The translations under genes and the position numbers were made by a program. Positions 1-13,697 of a stretch of DNA of 64,000 nt are shown here, piece after piece. Positions within the stretch are counted from its first letter, which is position 1; the number at the start of each line of letters is the position of its first letter. The notes under the pieces were generated by a model. The model was not told where the DNA came from. It was given only the letters and a program-made list of their open reading frames with translations, and searched no databases. This DNA comes from Octopus vulgaris (lineage: Eukaryota): contig OX597830.1 in the NCBI GenBank assembly GCA_951406725.2, positions 28,520,001 through 28,584,000 on the forward strand. The letters run 5' to 3'.

Positions 1-860
1 CTCCCTTCTCTTCTTTGCCCCTCATGGGCTCAACTCTCCTTTTCTCTTCCTCTAACCTCTTCCCCTCGTGATATAGACTGATACTTGCCTCTCTACCCCT
101 CACAACTACTTCTTCTCACCCACCTCTCCTCTCTAGTTCCGACTCCTACTTCTTCTCTTCACTCCTACACACCTTCTCCTTTCCCCTTCATCGTCATCTC
201 TCCCTCATAAGACCACCCTACCACTAAACATTCCACCTCCACCTTCACCATCCTTCCCATCACACCTAACCCCATCCCTTACATCCACTCGTAAATAACC
301 CACCTCTACCCCCTACCCACATACCCCACCTTCTCCCCACCCTCAGACTAACCCACACCCACTCTTGCTTTCCCCACCCTCGCCTCTCCTACCTCCCAAC
401 ATCATCACACCATATCAAACACCACTACTCCATACACGACCATACCACATAAGACATCACATCACAACACACAATCACGCACACACCAGTACTGACCACT
501 TCCCAGGCCCACATTTTCACACCCACACATACACGCACACATCAAGATCAACAGCCCTCTTGCACACGCACATAAAATTCTCTTATACACAGGCACGCGA
601 ACCTTCGTTTCGGGATCACAACTACTTTATTATATCCCCTTCTTCCTAGATGTCCTGTGTGACCCATTTGTCCGGCCTTCGCCTTGATAGATCGCTAGCC
701 ACTACACATTCTTTATTTTCTCTCCTTGTTTCTTTCTGTGTTCCTTACTTTGGCTCGAAACGTTAAAAACTTTTTTCCCTTCCCGAGCGTTAAACTAATA
801 CATCTATTTGTTGTCTACACCACCTGTCTTCGTCTTTTTTTTTTATGAAATTCTCCCTAT
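1..860 (+). mobile_element. Family H non-coding repeat, long copy (HHR core partly deleted)
   Basis: 680-860 matches the unit at 13488, 20875 and 56998 (cgcc(a/t)tgatagatcg...ggctcgaaacg...caccacctgtcttcgtc...ctccc-TA). About 510-680 also aligns with 13295-13490. Extension further left is inferred only from the continuing C-rich composition. Confidence 0.7.
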
Positions 861-866
861 ATAAAC

Positions 867-914
<48 letters not shown>

Positions 915-1694
915 GTATGTATGTATGTATGTATGTATGTATGTATGTATGCATCAATGCATGTATGTTTATATACCGTACTAAGAAATATGGACATATA
1001 TGTGTATAATTTCTCTATGTACGTAAATATATAAAGTGAGAAAGTGAAGAAAGAGAGATGGGATATAATATTTGTTTAAATCAGATATACGGGTAGCCGT
1101 ATATAACTTTCAGGCTTGCCCCAAATAGTTAAGTATTATTTAATCATAAACATTATTCAACTCCATATACTTACTACTTTTTGCACCATTGTTCCAGTTG
1201 TGGTATTTGAAAAAAATGATTTTAGATATTTGTGATATATATATATATATACATATATATATGCCTACATACATAAATACATTCATACATATATACATAC
1301 ACGTACAGCAAATACACACACACATATACGTATGCGTACATGGGCATACAAAATATAATAATATTCACTAACCACGATAAATGTAGTTATTTGCTTATAC
1401 GTATTTGTGTGTGTAAGTATTTATATGCATAAATGTATACTCTCAAATGTCTGCGATGCAAATGCAATAATATACAAAGAGAAATCTATAACCTACAGAA
1501 ATAGGAAAATAATTATGTTAAATATAGCCATTTCTTCGTGTGTCTATCCATAACACTTTTATACCCTTCCATACTCGTTTCCCATGTACATATTTACCAA
1601 TTGTACTTCTTTTTCTAGCATCAAATTTGGCATCGCTACTCTCTCCCTCACTCTGCTTCGTCTCTATCTCACTCTCTCACTTTTTTTCATTCTT

Positions 1695-1753
<59 letters not shown>

Positions 1754-1843
1754 ATATATACACACATATATACGCATACGTACATAAGTGCATGTATGTA
1801 CATACATATATACATAAGCATATATATACAAACACATATCTAA

Positions 1844-1946
<103 letters not shown>

Positions 1947-4577
1947 CGTATGTATGTATATGTTATACCAAAATACATCAAAAAGTTAAGAAAGATTCAC
2001 CTTGATAATTTTTATTCTTAAGTCTTCTTGCACCGATTGCTACGGGCCTGTTATAAATATAAAATATTGGGTGGAGATGCAAGAAATTTTAAACGTTATT
2101 TTAGAATATATACTCTGTTAGTCTGCTGTCTCAATATTGTTAGCATCAACTTCTTTGATTTTCGAACACCTAGAAATCTGAATGATGAGATACTTAGAAA
2201 AGATATTACATTATCAAGTACGATAACCGTGCTGTTTCGCTCTAGTCGGGATATATTGTAAAATTATATATATAATCCATGTGGGTGCGAAGTTTAAAAC
2301 GTCATGCAGAAGAAACAAAATATATGGAAGGCGATGTATGTGAAATACAATAGGTGGCAAGATGGAAGTGTCGTTTAAACACTGGACGAAATGCAGAATA
2401 TATTCTTGTCGATGGGATCTGTTTTGTCTGTTTTGCATTTTGTCTTTTCACCGACATGATACACGAAAACAGTCAAGAGCTATCGGGTAGCAAAGTCATT
2501 AGAATTGTTGAACGGGATGATTTGGCGTTTATGTTTCGGCTTTTTGCGTTCTGTGTTCAACTTTAGCGGCGATCTATTTCCATGTTAAATTTAATCTTTG
2601 ACGTAGATGAACACAATTATCTTCTCCTTGGCTACATTTAACATTCGAATCAGGTTTACAAGTTCTTCAGTCTGATGTAACCTTCCACCACTGCCATCTA
2701 TGGCCACGGGCACCAAGTTACAATCTATGAGTAGCGAGCTGCTTCCGGACAAAGTGATAGAAAAAATATTTCAAGAATTCTTCAACTACGAAAAGGTCCG
2801 AACCTTGTTTTGATGTGATGGCTTATGTGTCTCAATGAGTGTAAGAGCTAAGCTGGAAGAGCATTAGCTTCCGTTACGTCCCCCTTCCATGCTGGACGGC
2901 TGAGAGAATAGAGGCCACACTAATATAAACCACTTCTTCCCAGATATACAAATGTTTAAAGAGTATTGTTTACCTTCTATTTTTTATAGGTTACATCTTG
3001 TCTCTGGTACATTTCTTTCTCTCTCTCGCCATTAAATTTTTTGCATTATATTTGTTTCAATTTTTCGGCAATCAACTTCTCTGCTCTTATAGTTTACTTT
3101 CTCTCACTTTCGTTCTATCTCTGTCTCTCTCTCCGTGTCTCTCTCTCTCTCAACTTTCGATTTCACACTAGTCAACTCATCTCTCCTCCCACTCTCTTTA
3201 CTTCTAACTTTCCCGCCATGATTTTTCTCTTCTCACATTTCTATTTCTACTGCCTAACTTCTTTGTTTTTGATATCTGACGTGCAACTAAACACTTCTTT
3301 CCTTCTGCCTCTTTTTCTTCAAGACTTACTCTCCATTATTTCATCTTAGCGAAGTCCGCACTATCGTTTCTGATTCGTTGTTATTCTTTCGTTCTCTTGC
3401 CGACAGACCATACCGTCTAATCATTTTCCTAACTTAGTATTGAGTTTTATTCGTCTTAGCCTTGCGAGATACTTTCCGTTTGTATATTAATGTCATCCTG
3501 TGTTGACAGAAACACGTGCACACAAACGTGTGCAATTCTGTTAATTAATACGCCAAAACTGCCTGGTTCTACAGTCGATAACTGTTAAAGTAGTATGGAT
3601 ACTTTGCTTCTGTCTTGGATGTATGTTTTACCTGTTGTCTGAGCTTAATTTGTCTTGTATTTACTTATATATAGAGAGAAAGAAATAGATAGATAGATAG
3701 ATAGGAAAAAAAACATAGATATCTAGATTGAGAACAAGATTGATTGATAGATATTCTAATCTACATTCATATAAAGATATATATTTACAGATATACCATA
3801 TGTGATTATTTGATATGAATCATGCAATGTTTCGTTTTTATTGGCCCAATCAATGCTTTCATTATTAGGATTCTGCTGTTGTGGCGGAGCAGTAGGCAGT
3901 GTTGGGGTTTCAGCTTGTAGTCGATATTATTGCTTTCGATAAGAGCTTTTTTTTTTTTTTCGGAAGGCTTCATTGTAGTTGTTGTAGCTCTCATTGTTCT
4001 TATAACTCATACCACCCCTCCAACAGATGTTATTGTACATCATGTCATTATCTCGATGATATTCATCCTACCTATTGTTCCACAATTATTGTGGATAATA
4101 TTCTTGTTTATGCGCTTATTTCTGTTGTTGTTGTTGCACTTCATGTTTTTTGTTGATCTAATTAATGGTGGGCTTAGTATTGTTTTTCATTTATAGTTAT
4201 TTTGGATTTCATATTGGAAATGTTGTAGTGGTTGTTGTAATTCCTATTTTGGTTTTTACCTTTAGTATAACCAATTTATTGATGTTGTTTTGAATACTTG
4301 TGAAGATTATATATTTATTTTTTGTTGTTATGTTTACCGTTCCTTTTGTTCTTGCAGATAAGATAATTGCTGGTGCATCTCTTGGATTCTGTTATACAAT
4401 TCTTAAGCTTATAATTTACCAGCCTTATAGCTGGTGATCGCATATTACACACACATACATGCGCGTATAAATATACAAATATATATGTGTGTGATAATAG
4501 ATATACATCTGAGTGTATTTGCAAGTGTGTGAATGGATGTTCCATTCAGACTTCGTGTGTGCCTTTATATGCATCTT

Positions 4578-4713
<136 letters not shown>

Positions 4714-5638
4714 TAAATATATATATATATATATATGTATGTATATATATATATATATACATATATCCATGAATACTTGCATAAAAGAATAAATACATTC
4801 TTATATACATATATACGTTTGTGTACTTTTGTATGTATATGCGTGTAACTGTGTATGCGCATGTAGAAAGCATTCTGCGTCTCTCTTTCTAATCATATAT
4901 TTATAGTTGTCTATCTGTTTATCAATTTATTTATCTCATCTAAATGTATGTGTATGTGAGGTGTGTGTTTGTGTGTATGTCTATATTTGTGACTCTGTAT
5001 ATCAATGAATTTATCTATCGACTTTATGTTCAGGTATGGATGTATATATATACACACACATATATAAATATATATATACACACACATATATAAATAGATA
5101 GATATACACATACATGTATATACATATATATATCGCTGCCTTCCATTATTGTTTTGTCATAGCGAACTCTATTTCCTCTGCCCTATCTAGGCTGATGTCT
5201 CGTTAATCGCCTAATACTTTATCAGCTTGAAAAACCTCCTTACTTTTCTCTTTGTCGATTGCCGGCGATCAATTTATAGTAAGATATCTGAAGAATCGAT
5301 CGTGAAAGCCACTCTAGGCCCGAATACTTCTGGCAGGTATGTATCAGGTTTCGTTAATTGCTTTAAAAACGGAATTCTGAATACTACAATGTTGAGCAAA
5401 CTCATTTTTTTTGTCTTTATGTTTTCATATTCATTTTTGCGCTTTAAATATCCCTCTCTGTTGCCTTCCTCTCATCCTCTGTTTTCCTCCTCCTCCACAT
5501 TTCTCTCCTTTCTCCCTTTTTACTACATTTTTCTCTCTCCATCTTATTCTTATTAGTCTCTCTCTCTTTCTCTCCCTCTCTCCCTCTCTATCTATCTAGA
5601 TGTTTATCTCCCTCTCTCTCTCTATCTATCTATCTATC

Positions 5639-5692
<54 letters not shown>

Positions 5693-5778
5693 TATCCACA
5701 CACACATATATATTTATGCATATATATATATATATATATTTGCTAACTAAATCTAGATCAGAGATTTAATACTGCCTA

Positions 5779-5877
<99 letters not shown>

Positions 5878-6416
5878 CTGACTTTGTTCGTGTGTTTGTG
5901 TGTGTCTGTGTCTGTGTTTGCGTGTGTGCTTGGGTGTCTTTGTGAGGTCGAGTTTCTATATATGTTGAAATACGTAAATAAAACTGAACTAAATGAACAC
6001 AGTATTGATTAAGAACTTACATTGATTTATTGGTACACATACATACGAATACAGAAATTTCGTGTTTTTGCGAGTATAGTGTGTGAAGGTAAGATTGTAT
6101 TTTAGAGAACTAATACTCTTTCGTGTGTCCGTATGGGTTTGTGAAAAAAAACTTGCCATCGTATATGTTTCGTATGTCGTATATTCATTTGCAGTTTATT
6201 ATTTCATGCACAATGTCTATTTATTTCTCTGTCATACATATCGAAGCATTTTATTATATTATACTTTTCAGCGAGAATTAATTAACTTGGCGCATCGTAT
6301 GCAGATTTTACTGCTAACCTTTGGAATGGAATGAGATAACTAAAGAAATAATTAGATAAATAATTGAAGCCGAGAACAAATGACGAATTGAAAATGTTAA
6401 ATACTGAGTGGAACTA

Positions 6417-6530
6417 AGGCGGTGACTGGGCAGAATTGGTACCGCGTTGGAATGATACTTTATGGTATTTTTTCTAATTCATACTGTCTTGAGTTCAAAA
6501 TCCGCCGGGGTCAACTTTGCGATTCATCCT
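6417..6530 (+). mobile_element. SINE family B 5' part, abutting family A
   Basis: aaggcggtga...gagttcaaaatccgccggggtcaactttgc...ttcatcct. Confidence 0.7.
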
Positions 6531-6959
6531 TACTCTGTACTCTTTACTCTTTTACGTGTTTCAGTCATTTGACTGTGGCCATGCTGGACCAACACCTTTA
6601 GTCGAGCAAATCAACTCCAGGACTTATTCTTTGGAAGCCTAGTACTTATTCTATCGGACTCTTTTGCCGAACCGCTAAGTTACGGGGACGTAAACACAGC
6701 AGCATCGGTTGTCAAGCGATGTTGGGGAGACAAACACAGAACCACAAACGTATACACACACACATACATATACATATATATATATACATATATACTACGG
6801 GCTTCTTTCAGTTTCTGTCTACCAAATCCACCCACAAGGCTTTGGTCGGCCCGAGGCTACAGTAGAAGACACTTGCCCAAAGTGCTATGCAGTGGGACTA
6901 AACCCGGACCATGTGGTTCGTAAGCAAGCTACTTACCACACAGCCACTCCTACGCCTAT
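6531..6959 (-). mobile_element. tRNA-derived SINE family A, full length
   Basis: Reverse complement: A box TGGCTGTGTGG, degenerate B box, (c/t)ttgggcaagtgtct, internal (TA)/(TG) tract, tail gactgaaac..gtaaaagag repeats. Confidence 0.88.
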
Positions 6960-7189
6960 CGACAAAGATACCAGATAAGCACTAGCATCAATGTAATCAA
7001 TTTACCTATTTCCCTCAGAATTGTTGGTTTTATGATAACATTGGGAAATTTATTGTGATGATCTCAGGCGTCTTATTTACAAGAACGTCCTCAACTGAAG
7101 ATGGAACTGAGAATGCAACAGAGGAAAGTATAGTGCTGAAGGTAAAGACATTTCTCAAAGTTGTCTCCCCTTTAGAAAAGGAAAATATT

Positions 7190-7664
7190 TGTCGCTGTGG
7201 CTGTATGGTAAGAAGCTTGCTTTTCCACCACATGGTTCCGCGTTCAGTCCCACTGCGTGACACCTTGAGCAGGTTTCTTCTACTATAGCCTTCGGCTGAC
7301 CAGGTCCTTGTGAGGAATTAGTAGACGGAAACTGAAAGAAGCCCGTCGTATATATATATATGTGTGTGCGTATGTGTGTGTGTGCGTGCGGTGTGTGTGC
7401 GTGTGGTGTGTGTATGTGGTGCGTGTGGTGTGGTGTGTGTGTGTGTGTTGCGTGTGTGCGTGTGTGTGTATCTGTGTGTGTGTGTTTTTGAGTCTGTGTG
7501 TCTTTGACAGCTGGTGTTGGTGCGTTTGCTTCTCCGTATCTAGCGGTTCAGCTAAGGAAAACGATAGAATAAGTTCTAAGGACGATTTGTTCGACTTAGT
7601 AAAAAAAAATGTTGCCCCAGCAATGTCTGCTGTCAAATGACTTAAACAAGTGAAAGAAAAAAGA
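7190..7664 (+). mobile_element. SINE family A
   Basis: Same head, internal TG-rich tract and diverged tail. Confidence 0.85.
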
Positions 7665-7766
7665 GAAAAGATAAATCTTGGTTTCGATGGATATGCATTA
7701 TGAATCTCGACGTATTGACTTCAGCTCATATATATATACATATACACAACACACACACACACACAA

Positions 7767-7820
<54 letters not shown>

Positions 7821-7825
7821 TCGAT

Positions 7826-7911
7826 GTGCTTCTTTCAGATTCCATCTCCCAATCCACTCACAAGACTTTGGTCGGCCTGATGCTATAGCAGAATACACTT
7901 GCCCAAGGTGA
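7826..7911 (-). mobile_element. SINE family A fragment
   Basis: gcttctttcag...cacttgcccaaggtg matches the family A 5' half. Confidence 0.75.
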
Positions 7912-8056
7912 TACATATTTAATAAGTCGAGGAACTAAATTCCCTTAGTTCACCGGTTTATACGAACGTTCAGAGAAGACCAAGTACATATAGGTATCTA
8001 AATAAACTTTAAAATAAGAAAATGAAATGTGTGTATGTATGTATGATTATTGCTCT

Positions 8057-8270
8057 GTTTGTTTGTGTGTGTTTGTGTGTGTGTGTGCTTTGTTACACCA
8101 TCACCGCTTGACAACTAGTGCTGTAGTGTTTACGTCGTTGTAATCAGGCTTTTCTGCAAAAGAGATTGATATAATAAGTACTGGGGTTGATACATTCGAC
8201 TAAAGATTCTTCAGAGTGATGTCCCAGCATGACCACTGACTAATGACTGATACAAGTAAAAGAGAAAAAG
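8057..8270 (+). mobile_element. SINE family A 3' half, diverged
   Basis: cgcttgacaac...aataagtactggggttgat...tgactgatacaagtaaaagag. Confidence 0.7.
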
Positions 8271-8499
8271 AAGTAGGATACAAATCCTTTCATTATTATT
8301 TCCGAAACTTCAATCTGACTGAGCAGCCTTGATATGCCTTGATAACATCATTGCCAAGCTGTGTCGCCCCAAAGACGTTCTGTTTTTTTATTTTTTTTCC
8401 TCTTGAATAAACATCGCTAACGTGGAGATTGGCGAAGGCCGCTGTGCTTTCCGAATTATCATTCAAATTTTGGGGAACAATTCGTATATTGCTCAACTA

Positions 8500-9400
8500 T
8501 ACAATTAACTTCCCAGCTATATGTGGATAGATACTGATTTTGCAAGAACTAGGCAGCAGAAAATCATATCAAAGATAGTTATTTTATGTTGATTGCATGT
8601 TGATGTTAGCTTACTTATTTTAACATTTTTAAAAATATTTTTTTGATAATTATGTTTAGGCATTGATCTTCTACAGCTAAAACAGATGTTGTAGTCATGT
8701 CTTTAGTCAAATGATTTCGAACCATTGTTAGCTTTCATATTGACTCATTTCCTTGCCGTGCGGTCTTGTAAGATACAGAGAATGGAGAGGTTTTTCTTTC
8801 ATTTTTCTTCGGTATCTCTTTAAGTTTCTTTGATGTAATATTTTGTTGCTTATTTTTAACGTTTTTGTTGTTTATTCTTATCGAAACCTATTTCTCAATG
8901 TAATTAGCTTGTAGTGTGTACTTAAACTTTTCTTTATATATACACAGGGAAAAAAATGTTCCTCTTTTCATGTCGCTTTATTATACTAATTATTCTATCT
9001 TTGCTTGCTTCCAAGTATATTTCTAGACCAACTGTGGATACTTTGTAATAGATTTCTATTTATATAAAAAACCCTTCTTCGGTTTGTGTGTAGTAGATAA
9101 GTGCAGTCTATATCAATCTATATCATCTTTCAAAGTGGTGTGTTCAGAATAAGCTAGTAGTTTTCTGGTTTTCTAAATCTAGGCTCTTCGCTCCTCTTTA
9201 TCTTTCAGTTTATGATTCTCAAGCTGTAGTTTATTACTAAGATGGCAAGTGTATTTATACCTATAATTATATTTCTGGCATTCAATTCGGTTTTCATATT
9301 AGATGATTCTTCTCTCTGTAACATTCTCCTTCATTTTTATACATTATATCCTATCCCATATATCATATTCATAATTTAAGTTTTCATTAACATATTTCAA
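8500..9400 (-). pseudogene. Decayed R4/Dong-like (RLE-type) non-LTR retrotransposon fragment
   Basis: Minus-strand MKTELNARNIIIGINTLAILVINYS (9297-9223), RKTRKLL, KEKPLH (~8790), LAVEDQCL (~8670) and a CCLVLAK zinc-knuckle remnant (~8545), in the order seen in R4/Dong ORFs. Confidence 0.62.
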
Positions 9401-10208
9401 GTTATACAGACACACATACACATACACTTATATGCGTGTGTGTGTGTATGTGTGTGTAGTTTAATGTTTCAGGTTTAATTAATTTCACTCTAAACTTGTA
9501 AAGTTTGTCTATACACATTCTCACCTTTTATATCACTGCTGTTAAATGTACGTCCTACAAATGGATTTGTCACTTCTATATAATTTTTTAAAACCATCCA
9601 CATGTTCTTAGCTCATAGCATAAGTATAACTATCATTAGCGTTAGTACTTAGTAGTTATAAAAAGAAACAGAAACACTGCTGTGTCTCATATAGACAAAC
9701 AGGATCGAATTTAAAAATTAGTGTTCAGTATAAGTTGAGATAATGCGTTTCCCTCGAGTGCATTAATGATACAACGTTAGGTGGACATTATTATAACACA
9801 ATCATAAGCGCATTGTACTTAAACACTGCTATATTTCTGTTGTATTAATTTAGCTCATATCATATTAGAGTCTAACCTTTGTTCCTTGATTTCTCGACTG
9901 AATAATAGATTCCAATGTGTGCGTTATTATCTTAGAATGATGAACACTTTATACATTTTCACTCCCATATAATTTGTCATAATAACATAGCGCTAATATC
10001 CTCTGTGTATCACATATATCTGACCTAGCTTAGCGATCTGCACAGCCACAATGCTTAGCATAACGTATGTCCAACGACAAAGTGTCCAATTGAGCCACAC
10101 ATGTCCTAGAGTCATGTGCATTTGATTCCACACACACACATACACACATACATGCACACACATATACACACAAAGGTATAGTATACTATTTTGCGTATCC
10201 ATGTATGC

Positions 10209-10262
<54 letters not shown>

Positions 10263-10279
10263 CACACACTTACATACAT

Positions 10280-10317
<38 letters not shown>

Positions 10318-11720
10318 GTACACAAATATAGGCAGAAACAAATACGCAAACGCACACACACATATATATATATATATATATAGGTATACACCCATATCAA
10401 CATGTATACATATATGCATATCTATATATCTATATGTATATATCTGTATATCTATATCTTTATAGGGACCTATATAAAACATATGCTTGCATACATACAT
10501 ACATACATACATACATACATACATACATACATACATACATACATACATACATACATACGCGCATTCATACATATACATATCCATGGATTCACGGATGCCT
10601 ACATACATATAGAAGCTATAATGTAAGATATGTTTCATAATAAAATTATGTTTAAATTCGGTGTAAATGATGCGTCAGTGATGGAAAATCGCTACTGAAA
10701 AAGAAGGACAATCGGTTCATCAGCATCCGTTTTTATTTCATAATTCGTGTGATATTGTGAATCAATATCTTACACTTGCCGATGTGAAGTACAACATACT
10801 ACGACATGAATTATGTATACAAATTCTGGCTAACATAAATTAACATAAATCAATTTATATTTTCGTACAACTTTGTCGGTAACATTTTAAGAATAAACTA
10901 AACGCACCAACACTGAACGAAATTCAATAAACACGTGTAGGAAATTCACATAATTATATTTTGAAAATATATTTAATATCATGGAGATATGTTTCCATGT
11001 AAAAACTTATAGTCTTTTCACTTGCAGGAAAGTACGTATCCGTAATAAAAACGGATAAGGCTGAATGATAGGCAGATTTAAACAGAAACAAGTACAGCAG
11101 GCGGTATGTTGGGTCCGCCCCCAGACCTTACCAAAATATGGCTTGTACGAATGTTTCAGGACCGTCGTACAGTGACAGACGCAAGAGTTTTGCTTGTGCG
11201 GTGTGGTGGAGGTCGGGCGGCTCTCAATTGACCAACCGTGAGGAAGATAATGATAATTTTAAATTCAAAACCAATAGTGTATTTATGTCATAAGGAAAAT
11301 TACTAACTGGAACCCGGACATACATATATACCGCTCTGGATCCTAATATAAGCGTTATTAATAATATTATGAATGATAATACTGGTAACATTAATGGTAT
11401 TGACAACGATAATGATGCTAACTTTAATGACACTTTAGAAATTAGTATGAAGTAATATAATGTACTATTGACTATGTATAGTTGCATCTAGGTACTAATT
11501 TGTGTATGTTTATTATCACAATATTAAGTCGAAAAACTGAGACATTGAATGTGGAACACATATATATGTTTACTAATTTATATTATTTATTTATATCATT
11601 ATGTATATGTATATTTTTATATGTATAAGAGTGTGAGTATATGCACTCATATGTATATGTATATGTTGTATTATGGGTATGCACCCACACCCATGTGGGT
11701 ATATATGTAGACTGATTTAT

Positions 11721-11860
11721 ATTACATAATCTCCGAAGAGGCCTTATGATATTTTTGTAAATGTCTCATTTATATCTATATATTGACCTACCATAAAAGG
11801 CTAATATTGGTAACATGAGACGTACTTATCTACATGGCCGAAACAGCTGTAAGGTGTAAT
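11721..11860 (+). ncRNA. Type I hammerhead-like motif with long stem II (Penelope-like repeat)
   Basis: attaca...ct-CCGAAGA-ggcc...(internal hairpin atgtctcat/atgagacgt)...ggcc-GAAA-cagctg-TA-ag.tgtaat. Stems I and II pair; stem III is a palindrome. Confidence 0.6.
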
Positions 11861-12470
11861 CTATACTTATATTTATATTTACTTATATTTATATTCTCTT
11901 TTGTATATATTCTACTTATTATACAACATTACTCTTTTGTGTACACTTTTTTATGTACATGCATTTATGTACACTGATTTGTTCTGCTTTTTATATTTAA
12001 CCCTACAGTCTCTTATGTGGTGGTTTAATAAAGTATGTGATTGAGTATTATCTGGTAATTGATATTTGATTTAGATGTATTTCTCCATTTTCTTATCTTG
12101 TATTAGTAATTTGTGGTAAATCATTTTACCTTGGCCCATATAATACAGTAAATGAATTGATTGCATCGCAATCATTAACATTTATGTATTAACTTTGTAA
12201 GGTACTTCACTTGCAGTATATTGGATATATGTTATCCCATGGCAGGTTGCATTTACAACCCCTATCTCAATTTGTACGCATAAATATATATATATTAATC
12301 AATGAAATTTCAACTGAGCCTGATTTTCACGTTTATCATTTGAAAGTTTTCTGCATATACAACATAGAAATAAACCAATACTTTCATGCGTTAAGCAGTC
12401 ATAAGGTTTATATAATGATAATCGTGTTCCACAATTGACATGTGTGTATATTTATTATATAAAATCCGTT

Positions 12471-12695
12471 AAGGCGGCGAGCTGGCAGAAACGTTAGCGC
12501 GCCGGAAGAAATGCTTAGCGGTATTTCGTCTGCAGTTAAATTCTGAGTTCAAATTCCGCCGAGGTGAATTTACCTTTCATCCTTTCGGGGTCAATAAATA
12601 AAGTACCAGTTACGCACTGGGGTCGATGCAATCGACTTTATCCCTTTGTCTTTTTTTGTCCCCTCTATGTTTAGCCCATTGTGGGCAATAAAGAT
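12471..12695 (+). mobile_element. tRNA-derived SINE family B (tail type 1), full length with 15-bp TSD
   Basis: ggcgg...ccgcc tRNA-like head (A box tggcagaaacg, B box gagttcaaattcc), body cctttcatcctttcggggtc, tail agcccattgtgggcaataaaga. TSD tatataaaatccgtt at 12456-12470 and 12701-12715. Confidence 0.92.
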
Positions 12696-12700
12696 ATATA

Positions 12701-12870
12701 TATATAAAATCCGTTCTGTCTGTTTGTCTGTGTGTCTTCTAGGATCTCGGGCGTCCTGCATCCGATTGCGCTCAAATTTGATATGTAGATACCGACGGTA
12801 TCAGGGTATGTATAATTCGTAAAAATTTACAAAAACCGATTCTAGATGAGAATGAAATCGATAAAGCCGT
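12701..12870 (+). mobile_element. Possible non-autonomous Helitron-like 5' end
   Basis: tatataaaa...ctgtctgtttgtctgtg...ccgattgcgctcaaatttg layout resembles invertebrate Helitron/HINE left ends; no 3' end identified. Confidence 0.3.
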
Positions 12871-13229
12871 TTTTATCCTGCTTTTCTTCCGTCAACCTGT
12901 ACATAACTGCCCCTTCCATTTTTTGTTGCTTTTGTACTGCTTAAAGGCACGGTTCTTTCCTGCCAAGCTTACTGTTTAAACCACGTTTGTGTTCTCCCAG
13001 TCATCAGCCTTATCACTACTGGTACTTTAAACTCTTCGGTTGCATATTTGTGAGAATAAAATCGTTTTTCTTTGGAATAGAGAAAATATCTATCTTTATT
13101 TCTTCTTTTGCTGGTGTCTCAAATTTAGGTTAAATCAGTGTTTCTGAAAGGGATGGCCTATGGGACGGTCGGACAAGTTGTTTTGAGAAAATTTAGATTA
13201 AATGTTTGACAATTCAGCACCGTCCATTG

Positions 13230-13697
13230 GAGTAGGGCGGGGGGCATTTTGCCACATCACAACACACCACCCACAACACACCACCCACACACCCATCGCC
13301 ACATATCCACACCCACACATACATACACACACACGTCCAGACCACCAGCCTTCTTTCATACGCACATACATACTCTCTTATACACACACGCACCTTTATG
13401 TTGGGGTCACCTTCTTATTGGAAGTCACTTGACCCTGTTATCTCCCCTACTGTCCTTCTCGCGTCTGACCACTGTCCAAAGTCAGGACGCCATGATAGAT
13501 CGTTAGCTCCTACACGCATTTTTTCTCTCTTTGTTTCTCTCCCTGTTTTTTTTCTGTGTATCTTTCTGTCGAAGAGCGTAGGCTCGAAACGTAAAAGACT
13601 TTTGCTATTTCTATTCCTGAGCGTTATACTAATATATTTGTTTGTTTGTACTCCACCTGCCTTCGTCTTTTGTTTATTTTTGTAAACTTTCCCGTTA
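13230..13697 (+). mobile_element. Family H non-coding repeat with minimal hammerhead motif
   Basis: Same 3' unit as the other copies. HHR-like motif tcttt-CTGTCGA-a-gagc-gtag-gctc-GAAA-cg-TA-aaaga at 13561-13598; ends in (TA)n. Left boundary approximate. Confidence 0.8.

Noticed and set aside
5280-5342. Possible small exon (CAG|GTATGT donor) containing CTGAAGA...GAAA
   Set aside because: Weak acceptor and no partner exon; hammerhead stems I-III do not form.
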